Shown piece after piece: positions 8,786-16,856 of a stretch of 17,613 nucleotides of DNA. The DNA comes from Nitrospirota bacterium (GTDB taxonomy: Bacteria; Nitrospirota; UBA9217), in assembly GCA_963796285.1 (NCBI GenBank), contig CAWCKW010000007.1, positions 1 to 17,613 of the forward strand, read 5' to 3'. Both the position numbers and the translations under genes were made by a program. The notes beneath the pieces were generated by a model, which saw nothing but the letters and a program-made list of their open reading frames with translations, made no database searches and was not told where the DNA came from. The number at the start of each line of letters is the position of its first letter. Position 1 is the stretch's first letter.

Positions 8786-10177
8786 CTATTTTCCCGTTTT
8801 TGCCGTTGTAGGAATATTCTTGAAAACGTCCTCGGGCTTCACTGCTGGCTTGAGTATCTCGATGGCCTTCTGTATCTGGATATCGTCTTTCTTTTCTTTC
8901 GGCGTGACTTCCATCGTGAAATCGTCTTCAATGGCAGGTGTCGCAGGCTTTTCTTTTTTCTTCTCATCTTTGATCGTATCGTTCTGCAGGTGGCGTTCGA
9001 GGTCCTTTTCGCGCACGACCACGTGCAGTGAATCAGTAGTCCCCTCTTTCACCTCTTTTACTGTAGGCAGTTTCACCTCGATGTCCGGTGTGATGCCCAC
9101 GTTCTGGATCGAGCGGCCGCTCGGCGTATAATACTTTGCCGTCGTCAGTCGGATGCCACCCCCGCCCTCGAGGGGGAATACCGTCTGGACCGATCCCTTG
9201 CCAAAGGTCTGCGTACCCACGACCACCGCACGCTTTGAATCCTGCAATGCTCCTGCAACGATCTCGGACGCGCTCGCGCTCCCCGTGTTCACAAGCACGA
9301 CAATGGGGAATCCCCGGGGCGCTTCCGGTCCGCTTGTGAGGAAGTCCTTCCGGTCGGTCTTCAGCCTGCCCTGGAGATACACCACGAGCGAATCCTTGGG
9401 CAGAAATTTGCTGCTCACGTCCACGGACGCGTCGAGGAGCCCGCCCGGGTCGTTCCGCAGATCGAGGACCAGTTTCTTGAGCCCCTTTGCCTCCAGGCCC
9501 TTCAAAGCTTTTTCGAGCTCCTCGGCGGTCTGCCCCTGGAACTGGATGATCTTGATATAACCGATCTCATTGTCCAGCATCTCGGACTTTACACTCATCA
9601 CCTTGATGACATCGCGAGTGATCTTGAACTCTTTCGGCTTGTCCCATCCCTCGCGGTAGATCAGGAGACGCACCTGCGTGTTCTTGGGGCCGCGCATCTT
9701 GTCCACGGCCTGTTCAATCGTCATGTCCTTGGTCCAGTCATCCTCGATCTTCATGATCTTGTCCCCGGCTGCAAGTCCCGCACGGAACCCGGGGGTGTCC
9801 TCGATGGGAGCGATGATCGTGAGCTGCTGGTTCTTGATCCCGATCTGGATCCCGACACCCTGGAACTCTCCCTTGATGTCCATGTTCATCTCTTTGAACG
9901 ACCGCTCGTTCATATAGGATGAATGGGGATCGAGGCTCGAGACCATGCCTCGGATGGCGCCCTGCATCAGATCCTTGGAGTTTGGATCTTCCACGTAGTT
10001 GCGTTTGACAAGCTCGAGTGCCTGAGTGAATGTCTTCAATTCCTCATAGGTATCGGGCTTGGCCTGCACCAACCCCTGACCGATCATGACGCCGGACAGC
10101 AGCAGGATCAGCGCGGCCATCAGAAACTTCTTTTTGTTGATTCGTATCATATCATCATCCTCCAGATGGTTCTGCAT
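8786..10177 (-). CDS. ctpA: Carboxyl-terminal processing protease, S41A family (PDZ + Ser/Lys)
   Basis: Signal-like N-terminus, LDPHS, GVGIQI (PDZ), DLRNDPGG, GSASASEI, TFGKGSVQ, GITPD. An alternative start at 10150 also has an SD (GGAGG). Confidence 0.95.
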   Translation of the reverse strand: MQNHLEDDDMIRINKKKFLMAALILLLSGVMIGQGLVQAKPDTYEELKTFTQALELVKRNYVEDPNSKDLMQGAIRGMVSSLDPHSSYMNERSFKEMNMDIKGEFQGVGIQIGIKNQQLTIIAPIEDTPGFRAGLAAGDKIMKIEDDWTKDMTIEQAVDKMRGPKNTQVRLLIYREGWDKPKEFKITRDVIKVMSVKSEMLDNEIGYIKIIQFQGQTAEELEKALKGLEAKGLKKLVLDLRNDPGGLLDASVDVSSKFLPKDSLVVYLQGRLKTDRKDFLTSGPEAPRGFPIVVLVNTGSASASEIVAGALQDSKRAVVVGTQTFGKGSVQTVFPLEGGGGIRLTTAKYYTPSGRSIQNVGITPDIEVKLPTVKEVKEGTTDSLHVVVREKDLERHLQNDTIKDEKKKEKPATPAIEDDFTMEVTPKEKKDDIQIQKAIEILKPAVKPEDVFKNIPTTAKTGK

Positions 10178-10440
10178 AATAACTCTCCTGAAAAAGTATC
10201 AGCAGTAATAGCAATCGGGCATAGTGAAAAATATACCGTGCTTTTGTAAATTTAAACGTAATCACATAGGTCCTGAGAAAAGACCATTAAACCTGAAAAT
10301 GTTCCTGCAAAAAAGCTGAGACCGCAAAGGAAAGCAGCCCTTTTGTTCGTAAAAAATCTTTGCGTACGTTGAGCCTTTGCGGGAGATTTTTTACTTTTTT
10401 TGATCTAAGTGACAGCGACTTTTCAGTATCAATTTCCAAA

Positions 10441-11622
10441 TTACTTCTTCGCCAACCACTGGAGCGGGTCCTGAGCCTCGCCGTTCCGGCGTATCTCGAA
10501 GTACAACTTCAATCCCTTCAGGCTGCCGGTCTCGCCCGCCAGACCGAGCACCTGGCCTCTGGCCACATGGTCCCCTTTGTTCAGATCCAGCCGCGAGAGA
10601 TTGCCGTAGAGCGTGTAGAAACCGTCTCCGTGGTCAAGGATCATGAGCTTTCCGTAGCCTTTGTACCAATCCGCATACGCTACCTCGCCGTCCTGCACCG
10701 CTCGAACCGATTCCCCTTCGTGTGCCTGGATCTCGATCCCTCTGCGATATACCATGGTGCCGAACTGGGGATGGCGTTGCATGCCAAACCGGGTCAGTAC
10801 CTGTCCTTCGAGGGGCCACGGGAGCCGGGTCCTGTCACGATTCGCGGTTTCGTGCCATTGTCGGGAAGCAGGAGGGACCGCTTTCGCAGCCCTCTTTTCC
10901 TGCTCGCCTTTTTTGATCATGGCCCAGAGGCTGGCGGACGATTCCTCAAGTTCGCGCAGGGACTGCTCGTATTGGCCCTTCTCATGCCGCACACTCGCGA
11001 GGATAACGGCTTTCTTCTGTTTCCGTGCCTCCAGCGCCGCCTTCGTTGCTGCGACCACTCGCTGTCGTGCAAGCAGCTCGTTTTTTTTATTTGCAATCTC
11101 CGCCTGATGCATCGCGAGCTTTGTCAGGGCATTGCCGTACTCCCTCATCATCACCCGGTCACGGTCGGCTATCATGCCGAGATACTTGATCCGCTTCAGC
11201 GTCTGGCCCAGCCCGTCCGGAGAAAGTATTGCAACTGCGTACCCGCTCCGGCTCAACTTGTAGAGCGCCCGGAGCCTCTGGCTGTAATTCTGCTTCAGCG
11301 CGGTAAGCTCGCTGTTGAGCACGGTGTTGTTCTGCTCGACCTCCCGAAGGGCCGCCTCGGAAGCACGCAGCCGCTGCTGCTGGCCGGTGAGTTCCACGCT
11401 TCCGGTCTGGATGCCCCGGTCGATCGTTTCGAGTTCCGAGAGGATAGAACGCTCTTTGCGGTCCGCCCGTGTCAGTTCCTTTTTTTTCTCGCGCATCTCG
11501 CGCTTGATACGCTGAAGCTCCTGTTTGTCGGCCGACCGGTCCGCGGCTGCGGAAAAGCCGCTCAGCCAAAGCGCGATAAGAACAACGAGCAGAAAAACGC
11601 GGGTGCATGTCGTCGTCCCCAT
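10441..11622 (-). CDS. envC: Murein hydrolase activator EnvC (coiled coil + degenerate M23/LytM)
   Basis: Signal peptide, long coiled coil, LPWPLEG, and an M23 domain lacking the Zn ligands (RRGIEI, YGNL). Downstream of ftsEX. Confidence 0.9.
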   Translation of the reverse strand: MGTTTCTRVFLLVVLIALWLSGFSAAADRSADKQELQRIKREMREKKKELTRADRKERSILSELETIDRGIQTGSVELTGQQQRLRASEAALREVEQNNTVLNSELTALKQNYSQRLRALYKLSRSGYAVAILSPDGLGQTLKRIKYLGMIADRDRVMMREYGNALTKLAMHQAEIANKKNELLARQRVVAATKAALEARKQKKAVILASVRHEKGQYEQSLRELEESSASLWAMIKKGEQEKRAAKAVPPASRQWHETANRDRTRLPWPLEGQVLTRFGMQRHPQFGTMVYRRGIEIQAHEGESVRAVQDGEVAYADWYKGYGKLMILDHGDGFYTLYGNLSRLDLNKGDHVARGQVLGLAGETGSLKGLKLYFEIRRNGEAQDPLQWLAKK

Positions 11623-11625
11623 GCG

Positions 11626-12513
11626 CTACTCCAGGAACCTGCTGACTGAGACCAGCCCGCCGGTAAGACCAAGCACGCCGCCGCCGATTATCATATATGT
11701 TACCACCGAAAGCGGAAGGAAGTCCAGCCCATTTGGCCGCGACAGGAAAAGAACGACCTCCTGCGGTAACGCATAGTACACACCCGCAAGGATGCCGATG
11801 GCAAGAGCCGAGCCAAGCATGGCGAGCATCATGCCTTCAATGAGGAACGGCCCCTGGATGAATCCCCGGGTCGCCCCGATCCACTGCATCAGCTCGATCT
11901 CCTGACCCCGGGAGTATAACGCAAGCCTGACCGAATTGGATATGATAAACACCACGGTAACGCCGAGCAGAACAGCTATTGCCAGTCCGCCATAGGTGAT
12001 CGCAGTGTAAAAGCCCGACAGCACCCTGGCGCCCTCTTTCCCGTAGGACACGTCTTCCACGCCCCGATATTCGGATAATTTCCCGGCCAAGACCTCAAGC
12101 CGTTCCGTATCAACAGAACGGCGGTCAAAGGTGATCTCATAGGAATCAGGCAGCGGGTTCTCTGCCAGACCCTGGATTAGCGCCTCCTGTCCCTTCAGCT
12201 CCTTTTTGAACAACAGAAGCGCATCGGCCCTGGATAGATAGCTGACCTTTTTCACGCCCGGCTCGATCTTGATCCGGTGCTGGATAAAATCCTTCTCATG
12301 CTCCGTCAACCCGTCCTTCAGGTACACGGACATCTCAAGACGGTCCCCCAGGGAATTCACCGCAGCCTGAAGGTTCAGGAACACGATCAGAAAAAAGCCC
12401 ACGATCAGCATAGCCATGCTGATTGTGCCCACCGCGAGGAGGTTCACAAGGCTGTTGGCGCGGAGTCCGCGGAAGGCCTCGGCGATAAAGTAGAACAGGC
12501 CGTATCCTCTCAC
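11626..12513 (-). CDS. ftsX: Cell division permease-like protein FtsX
   Basis: TM1, periplasmic domain with ENPLPDS, ISNSVRL...R.QEIELM..IGAT..FIQGPF.IEG. The GTG start overlaps the ftsE stop (GTGA). Confidence 0.95.
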   Translation of the reverse strand: MRGYGLFYFIAEAFRGLRANSLVNLLAVGTISMAMLIVGFFLIVFLNLQAAVNSLGDRLEMSVYLKDGLTEHEKDFIQHRIKIEPGVKKVSYLSRADALLLFKKELKGQEALIQGLAENPLPDSYEITFDRRSVDTERLEVLAGKLSEYRGVEDVSYGKEGARVLSGFYTAITYGGLAIAVLLGVTVVFIISNSVRLALYSRGQEIELMQWIGATRGFIQGPFLIEGMMLAMLGSALAIGILAGVYYALPQEVVLFLSRPNGLDFLPLSVVTYMIIGGGVLGLTGGLVSVSRFLE

Positions 12514-13250
12514 GGCTCTCTCTCCTCAGCCGCTGTTCCGACCGTTCCCGCGTCCGGCTTCAACAGGGGAGGGGATACCGGGCGCTGAAGGTGGCTGCCG
12601 TCGTCAATAACCTTACCACCCTCCATGATGATGATCCTGCGCTGCATCTTCCGCACCGTTTCCCAGTCGTGGGTGGCCACCAGCACGGTTGTGCCCTTCA
12701 TGTTGATTTCCCTGAACAGACGGAACACCTCCTGGGCGCTCTGGGGGTCCAGGTTGCCCGTGGGCTCGTCGGCAAGCAGCACCTGAGGTTCGTTCACGAG
12801 CGCGCGGGCCACGGCGACCTTCTGCTGCTCTCCACCGGAGAGTTTTGGCGGCGTCAAGTGGCTCTTCTTTTCCATCCCGACCTTCTTGAGCACCTGGTAC
12901 ACACGCCGCTCGATCTCGCCGGGAGTCGTGCCCACCACTTTGAGCGCGAGTGCGATATTTTCAAAAATAGTCTTGTGGGAGAGGAGTTTGTAGTCCTGGA
13001 ACACGAAACCAATATTACGCCTGAGGTAGGGAATGGTCGAGGATTTCAAACGGGAAGTGTTCATACCCTGCATGACGATCCGCCCCTCGTCCGCTTGTTC
13101 GGCGCAGAAGAGGATCTTGAGCAGGGTGGACTTGCCGGCACCGCTCGGGCCGGTGACGAAAGCAAACTCGCCCTTGTCCACGGTGAAGCTCACGTCGCGC
13201 AAGGCGGGAATACCTTCATAATATTTTGTCACCTGATAAAGCTGGATCAT
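12510..13250 (-). CDS. ftsE: Cell division ATP-binding protein FtsE
   Basis: GPSGAGKST, IPYLRRNIGFVFQDYKLL, LSGGEQQ, LLADEPTGNLD, VATHD. Confidence 0.96.
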   Translation of the reverse strand: MIQLYQVTKYYEGIPALRDVSFTVDKGEFAFVTGPSGAGKSTLLKILFCAEQADEGRIVMQGMNTSRLKSSTIPYLRRNIGFVFQDYKLLSHKTIFENIALALKVVGTTPGEIERRVYQVLKKVGMEKKSHLTPPKLSGGEQQKVAVARALVNEPQVLLADEPTGNLDPQSAQEVFRLFREINMKGTTVLVATHDWETVRKMQRRIIIMEGGKVIDDGSHLQRPVSPPLLKPDAGTVGTAAEEREP

Positions 13251-13399
13251 GCATTCAATCTCAAATTACATGCTCCCAATCCCAACTAAACTTCCAATCG
13301 CAATGTCCGGAATTCAAATTAGTTTTAGCGCATTGAATTTGGAATATTGATGTTCTCTGTAAGTTGCTCTTTATTTTTCTGCACTTTCCCGTTCGTTCT

Positions 13400-14341
13400 T
13401 CAGCGATGTTTTTTCTTGATAGCTTCCTTGACCGCGGAAACGATATCGCCCGCCGACATGCCGTACTTGCTCATTAGCCCTTCCTGGTCGCCGGAAGTAC
13501 CGAAGGTATCCCTGACACCGATGCGCACCATCGGGACCGGTGCGGATTCGCAAAGCACCTCGGCCACGGCGCCGCCCAGACCGCCGATGATCGAGTGCTC
13601 CTCGGCGGTCACGATCGCACCGCTGTACTTCGCTGCCGCGATTATGGCGTCAATATCGATCGGCTTGATCGTGGACATGTTGATCACACCCGCGTCGATC
13701 CCTTCTGCCTTCAGCAGGTCGCGCGCCTTGATCGACTCGGCAACCATGATGCCCGTGGCGATGATGGCCGCGTCCTTGCCCTGGTTGAAGACGTGGGCCT
13801 TGCCGATCTTGAACGTATACCCCTCCCCAAAGAGCGTGGGCACCTTGTTCCGCCCCACACGAACATAGCAGGGGCCTTGGTATTCGGCCACGGCCTCGAT
13901 GGCCTGCGTTGTCTCGGGCCCGTCAGCAGGGACGATCACGGTCATGTGCGGGAGCACGCGCATCACGGCAATGTCCTCGACGGACTGGTGCGAGCCGCCG
14001 TCCTCACCCACGGTAATGCCGGCGTGACTCGCCACAATCTTCACATTCATGTTCGGATAGCAGATGGACTGCCGCACCTGCTCCCAGGCCCTGCCCGTTG
14101 CGAACACCGCAAAGGTGCTCGCGAACGGCAGCTTGCCGGCTATGGCGAATCCGGCCGCCGTGCCCATCATGTCCTGCTCGGCAATCCCGATATTGAAGAA
14201 CCGTTCCGGGAACACCTTGGCAAATTTCGAGGTCTTCGTCGAACCCGACAGGTCCGCGTCCAGCACCACTACATCATCCCTCTTTTTTCCGAGGGCCACC
14301 AGCGCGTCCCCGTATGCATCTCTCGTCGCTATCTTCGTCAC
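13400..14341 (-). CDS. Transketolase, C-terminal subunit (pyrimidine-binding + C-terminal domains)
   Basis: LDADLSGST, GIAEQ, GEDGGSHQ, TIKPID, EEHSIIGGLG. GTG start. Confidence 0.95.
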   Translation of the reverse strand: MTKIATRDAYGDALVALGKKRDDVVVLDADLSGSTKTSKFAKVFPERFFNIGIAEQDMMGTAAGFAIAGKLPFASTFAVFATGRAWEQVRQSICYPNMNVKIVASHAGITVGEDGGSHQSVEDIAVMRVLPHMTVIVPADGPETTQAIEAVAEYQGPCYVRVGRNKVPTLFGEGYTFKIGKAHVFNQGKDAAIIATGIMVAESIKARDLLKAEGIDAGVINMSTIKPIDIDAIIAAAKYSGAIVTAEEHSIIGGLGGAVAEVLCESAPVPMVRIGVRDTFGTSGDQEGLMSKYGMSAGDIVSAVKEAIKKKHR

Positions 14342-14358
14342 GTTACCCCCTATAGCTT

Positions 14359-14448
14359 ATTGCGGATTTCAGATTGCCCCAGCTCTTGCGAAAACGCCGG
14401 GACACGCGGAATGCGGATTTAACAGCCCTCCAATCCGAAATCCGCAAT
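14359..14448. repeat. Intergenic inverted repeat built from ~7-nt units
   Basis: ATTGCGGATTTCAGATTG (14359-14376) pairs with CAATCCGAAATCCGCAAT (14431-14448), 17/18 matches. Further GCGGAAT/GCGGATT units lie inside. Confidence 0.75.
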
Positions 14449-14450
14449 TT

Positions 14451-15293
14451 TTATTTACACACCGTTTCTTCCGACAACTCTTTCAACGCGATCTCGAGTT
14501 CGTCCTTCGATGGCGTGGCGCCATGGAACTCCACCTTGCCTTCGAACTGCTTCGAGCCCTTACCCTTGACCGTCCGGCAAACAATCACAGTCGGCTTTCC
14601 CTTGATTGTTTCAGCCTTGTCGAGCGCAGACGTGATGGCACCCAAATTGTGACCGTCGATATCAAGTACTTCCCAGCCAAAGGCACGCCATTTGTCCGTG
14701 ATCGGCTCTACACCCATCACCTTGGCAACCGGCCCGTCGATCTGGAGCCCGTTATTGTCCACGAGCGCGCACAGATTGTCGAGCTTGTAGTGCGCCGCGG
14801 TCATGGCCGCTTCCCACACCTGGCCCTCCTGCAGTTCGCCGTCGCCGAGCAGTGCAAACACCCGGTTCGGTGTCTTGTCGAGTTTGTGCGCCAGCGCAAT
14901 GCCGTTCGCCACGGACAGGCCCTGGCCCAGCGAACCCGTGGAGATCTCGACGCCAGGAAGGTACTTGCTGTCCGGATGGCCCTGAAGCCGCGAGCCGAGC
15001 TTCCGGAGCGTGCAAAGCTCCGCATGCTCGATAAATCCCGCGTGCGCAAGCACCGTGTACAGGAGCGGCGCGGCATGGCCCTTCGAGAGGATGAAATGGT
15101 CACGTCCCTTCCAGTCCGGTTTCTTCGCATCGTACTTCATCTTATAGAAATAGAGTGCTGTCGCGATATCAGCCGCGGACAGGCTGCCGCCGGTGTGGCC
15201 CGAGCCACATTCGGTCAGCATCTTCAGGATGTCGATCCGAACCCTTCTGGCCTTGTCCGTCAATGTCTTCAACTGCTCTTTTGATGCCGCCAT
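14451..15293 (-). CDS. Transketolase, N-terminal (TPP-binding) subunit
   Basis: GSGHTGGSLS, RDHFILSKGH, LQGHP, STGSLGQG and the TPP motif GDGE...DNN. Confidence 0.96.
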   Translation of the reverse strand: MAASKEQLKTLTDKARRVRIDILKMLTECGSGHTGGSLSAADIATALYFYKMKYDAKKPDWKGRDHFILSKGHAAPLLYTVLAHAGFIEHAELCTLRKLGSRLQGHPDSKYLPGVEISTGSLGQGLSVANGIALAHKLDKTPNRVFALLGDGELQEGQVWEAAMTAAHYKLDNLCALVDNNGLQIDGPVAKVMGVEPITDKWRAFGWEVLDIDGHNLGAITSALDKAETIKGKPTVIVCRTVKGKGSKQFEGKVEFHGATPSKDELEIALKELSEETVCK

Positions 15294-15424
15294 GCACTTG
15301 TCCTCCTGAGTGGATCTGAGTAATGAGCAACCACGAAAGATGTACTGTTCACAAAGAAAAGCGTCCAGTTGATTTTCATACGGGCCGGCCCCACAGGTAG
15401 CTGCGGCGCGAAGGTGTTTCGGAA

Positions 15425-15868
15425 CTAGTTATTTTCCCGGTCTTGCTGTTCCTGGGCAAGAAAGTCCAGGATGATATCGTCGAGACCTTTGTCTTTCACC
15501 GGCTCTATGGACGGAGGCGACGGTGGCGGAGTTGGTTGTTTTTCAGTCCGGGCCGGTGAGTCCGGCGCAGGCGCGGACCCAGTGGATGACGTGTAGGTGG
15601 ATTCGTGAGGCGCATCATTCAGGTTCAGCTTGCCCTTCAACAGATCCCGGATCATCTGTTTGTGCTGCTCCATCATCAGCTCGCGTACCACTTCCTCTAG
15701 GCAGTCCGCCTTGAGGATATCGGCGTAGCTGGTCTTGCGCGAGGCAAGGATAGCGCCTTGAAGATATAAGAGAGAGGTTATATATGGATTGTTGGTCCCG
15801 CCATCCTCGGTCTGGCAATGGTAGATCTTCGCCTGGAATTTGAAATCGGTGTTGTAGCCCGTAAGCAT
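15425..15868 (-). CDS. Conserved hypothetical protein (G.N.D...YH.QTED motif, Pro-rich linker, LDDIILDFL C-terminal helix)
   Basis: Coding-like ORF with a globular N-terminus, low-complexity linker and amphipathic tail, preceded by a consensus promoter. Confidence 0.8.
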   Translation of the reverse strand: MLTGYNTDFKFQAKIYHCQTEDGGTNNPYITSLLYLQGAILASRKTSYADILKADCLEEVVRELMMEQHKQMIRDLLKGKLNLNDAPHESTYTSSTGSAPAPDSPARTEKQPTPPPSPPSIEPVKDKGLDDIILDFLAQEQQDRENN

Positions 15869-15876
15869 AGATGGGT

Positions 15877-15905
15877 ATTATACAAAGCCGGGCAGGAAGT
15901 TGCAA
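15877..15905 (-). promoter_or_regulatory. Sigma70-type promoter of the hypothetical gene and possibly the downstream transketolase genes
   Basis: On the minus strand TTGCAA-17 bp-TATAAT, 8 nt before the ATG at 15868. No SD. Confidence 0.7.
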
Positions 15906-15915
15906 GCCTTTTTGC

Positions 15916-15944
15916 TTGACAGCAAAAGAAGGTTAGTGTAACTT
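15916..15944 (+). promoter_or_regulatory. tRNA promoter
   Basis: TTGACA-17 bp-TAACTT, 9 nt before the tRNA. Confidence 0.7.
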
Positions 15945-15953
15945 TTATCCCGT

Positions 15954-16040
15954 GCCGGCGTGGTGAAACTGGTAGACGCAGAGGACTCAAAATCCTCCGG
16001 GGGCAACTCCATGTCGGTTCGACTCCGACCGTCGGCACCA
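15954..16040 (+). tRNA. tRNA-Leu (CAA)
   Basis: Acceptor GCCGGCG/CGTCGGC, D loop with TGG, anticodon stem GAGGA/TCCTC with loop CTCAAAA, long variable arm, GGTTCGACTCC T arm and encoded CCA. 87 nt. Confidence 0.98.
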
Positions 16041-16042
16041 AT

Positions 16043-16077
16043 AAAAAGATCGGCTTTTGCCGGTCTTTTTTGTTTTC
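16043..16077 (+). terminator. tRNA terminator
   Basis: AAAAAGATCGGC-TTTT-GCCGGTCTTTTTT followed by GTTTT. Confidence 0.85.
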
Positions 16078-16185
16078 TGTTAGTCGGCATAGAAAAAAGG
16101 GGCATGGGGGAAGGATTCCCCTTTGCTTCCGGGGGAACTCATGAAGGGGCTGACCCCTTCGTGAAGCGAAGCGCATGAGATTTTG

Positions 16186-16197
16186 CCGCCGGCACCA
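16186..16197 (+). repeat. Partial duplication of the tRNA-Leu 3' end
   Basis: CCGCCGGCACCA versus tRNA 16029-16040 CCGTCGGCACCA (11/12). Confidence 0.6.
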
Positions 16198-16624
16198 CGT
16201 TTTTTCTCCACATTTCAGCAGTCCTCCCCCTGTAACTTTTTTCTTCAAACTCGACAATGTGCCTATTATTGTGTCTATGAGTCCGGATAAGTATTTCCTG
16301 CGCATCTTGAGTGTGGGGGACGATCGTCTCTCTCAGGCGTTCCGTAAATCTGCTGCATTGACGATATGTTATAAACGGTCAGATATCGAGCGCATTTTGA
16401 AGCTGAAATTTTTCTAGTCACAATCTCAGAAACGCCGGGCTGTAACCATTTTTTCCCTCCATGCAATAAGTTTTTTGCGCGTCATATTTTCTATAAAGTT
16501 TATATGTTATAATTGTTGAAAAGTGAGTTGAAATCTACTTATCTCGATCAAGGCGTCAAGATCAATGATGTCGAAGGAGCATCCGGCGATTATCTTGCAG
16601 ACAAGGTTTTTCGTTTATAGTACC

Positions 16625-16668
16625 AGAGTTGCCCCGGTTTTCTTGGACACTCCTTTATAATGGAAAGG
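16625..16668 (+). mobile_element. Probable isolated IS3-family terminal inverted repeat remnant
   Basis: AGAGTTGCCCCGGTTTTCTTGGACACT resembles IS3-family ends (TGAnnnGCCCCGG..T..TGGA.AC). It is followed by TATAAT and GAAAGG. No transposase is present. Confidence 0.4.
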
Positions 16669-16774
16669 CGCTTGGTACAATTTTGACAATTTTACATTCT
16701 TCGAATGAAAATCCTATGTTTCGCATATTTCCATATATCTAATTGATTAGAAATAACTTTTATTTTTTAGGGCT

Positions 16775-16856
16775 TGTCAGAAAATTTTACACCTCCAATT
16801 AATTATAATCAAGCATTTGAAATTAAACGGTTCCAATTTCTAGCACTTTAATTGCA
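16775..16856 (+). promoter_or_regulatory. Sigma54-like promoter layout: possible enhancer, IHF site, -24/-12 box
   Basis: TGT-N11-ACA (16775-16791), AATCAAGCATTTG matching WATCAANNNNTTR (16807-16819), and CTAGCACTTTAATTGCA (16840-16856) with AG in place of the conserved GG. Confidence 0.4.

Noticed and set aside
10318-10340. GAGACCGCAAAGGAAAGCAGCCC resembles the SRP RNA core (CAGGTCCGGAAGGAAGCAGC)
   Set aside because: The CAGG and GGAA tetraloop stem are missing, and there is no long enclosing helix.
10441-10800. M23 domain lacking catalytic His/Asp residues
   Set aside because: This is expected for EnvC, a non-catalytic amidase activator, so it is not novel.
13400-15293. Transketolase in two ORFs as a possible pseudogene
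   Set aside because: Two-subunit transketolases are common, and both halves are intact with their own start signals.
15778-16305. 175-aa minus-strand ORF and other ORFs across the tRNA
   Set aside because: They overlap a clear tRNA and its terminator. VPTVGVEPT is the typical antisense-tRNA translation.
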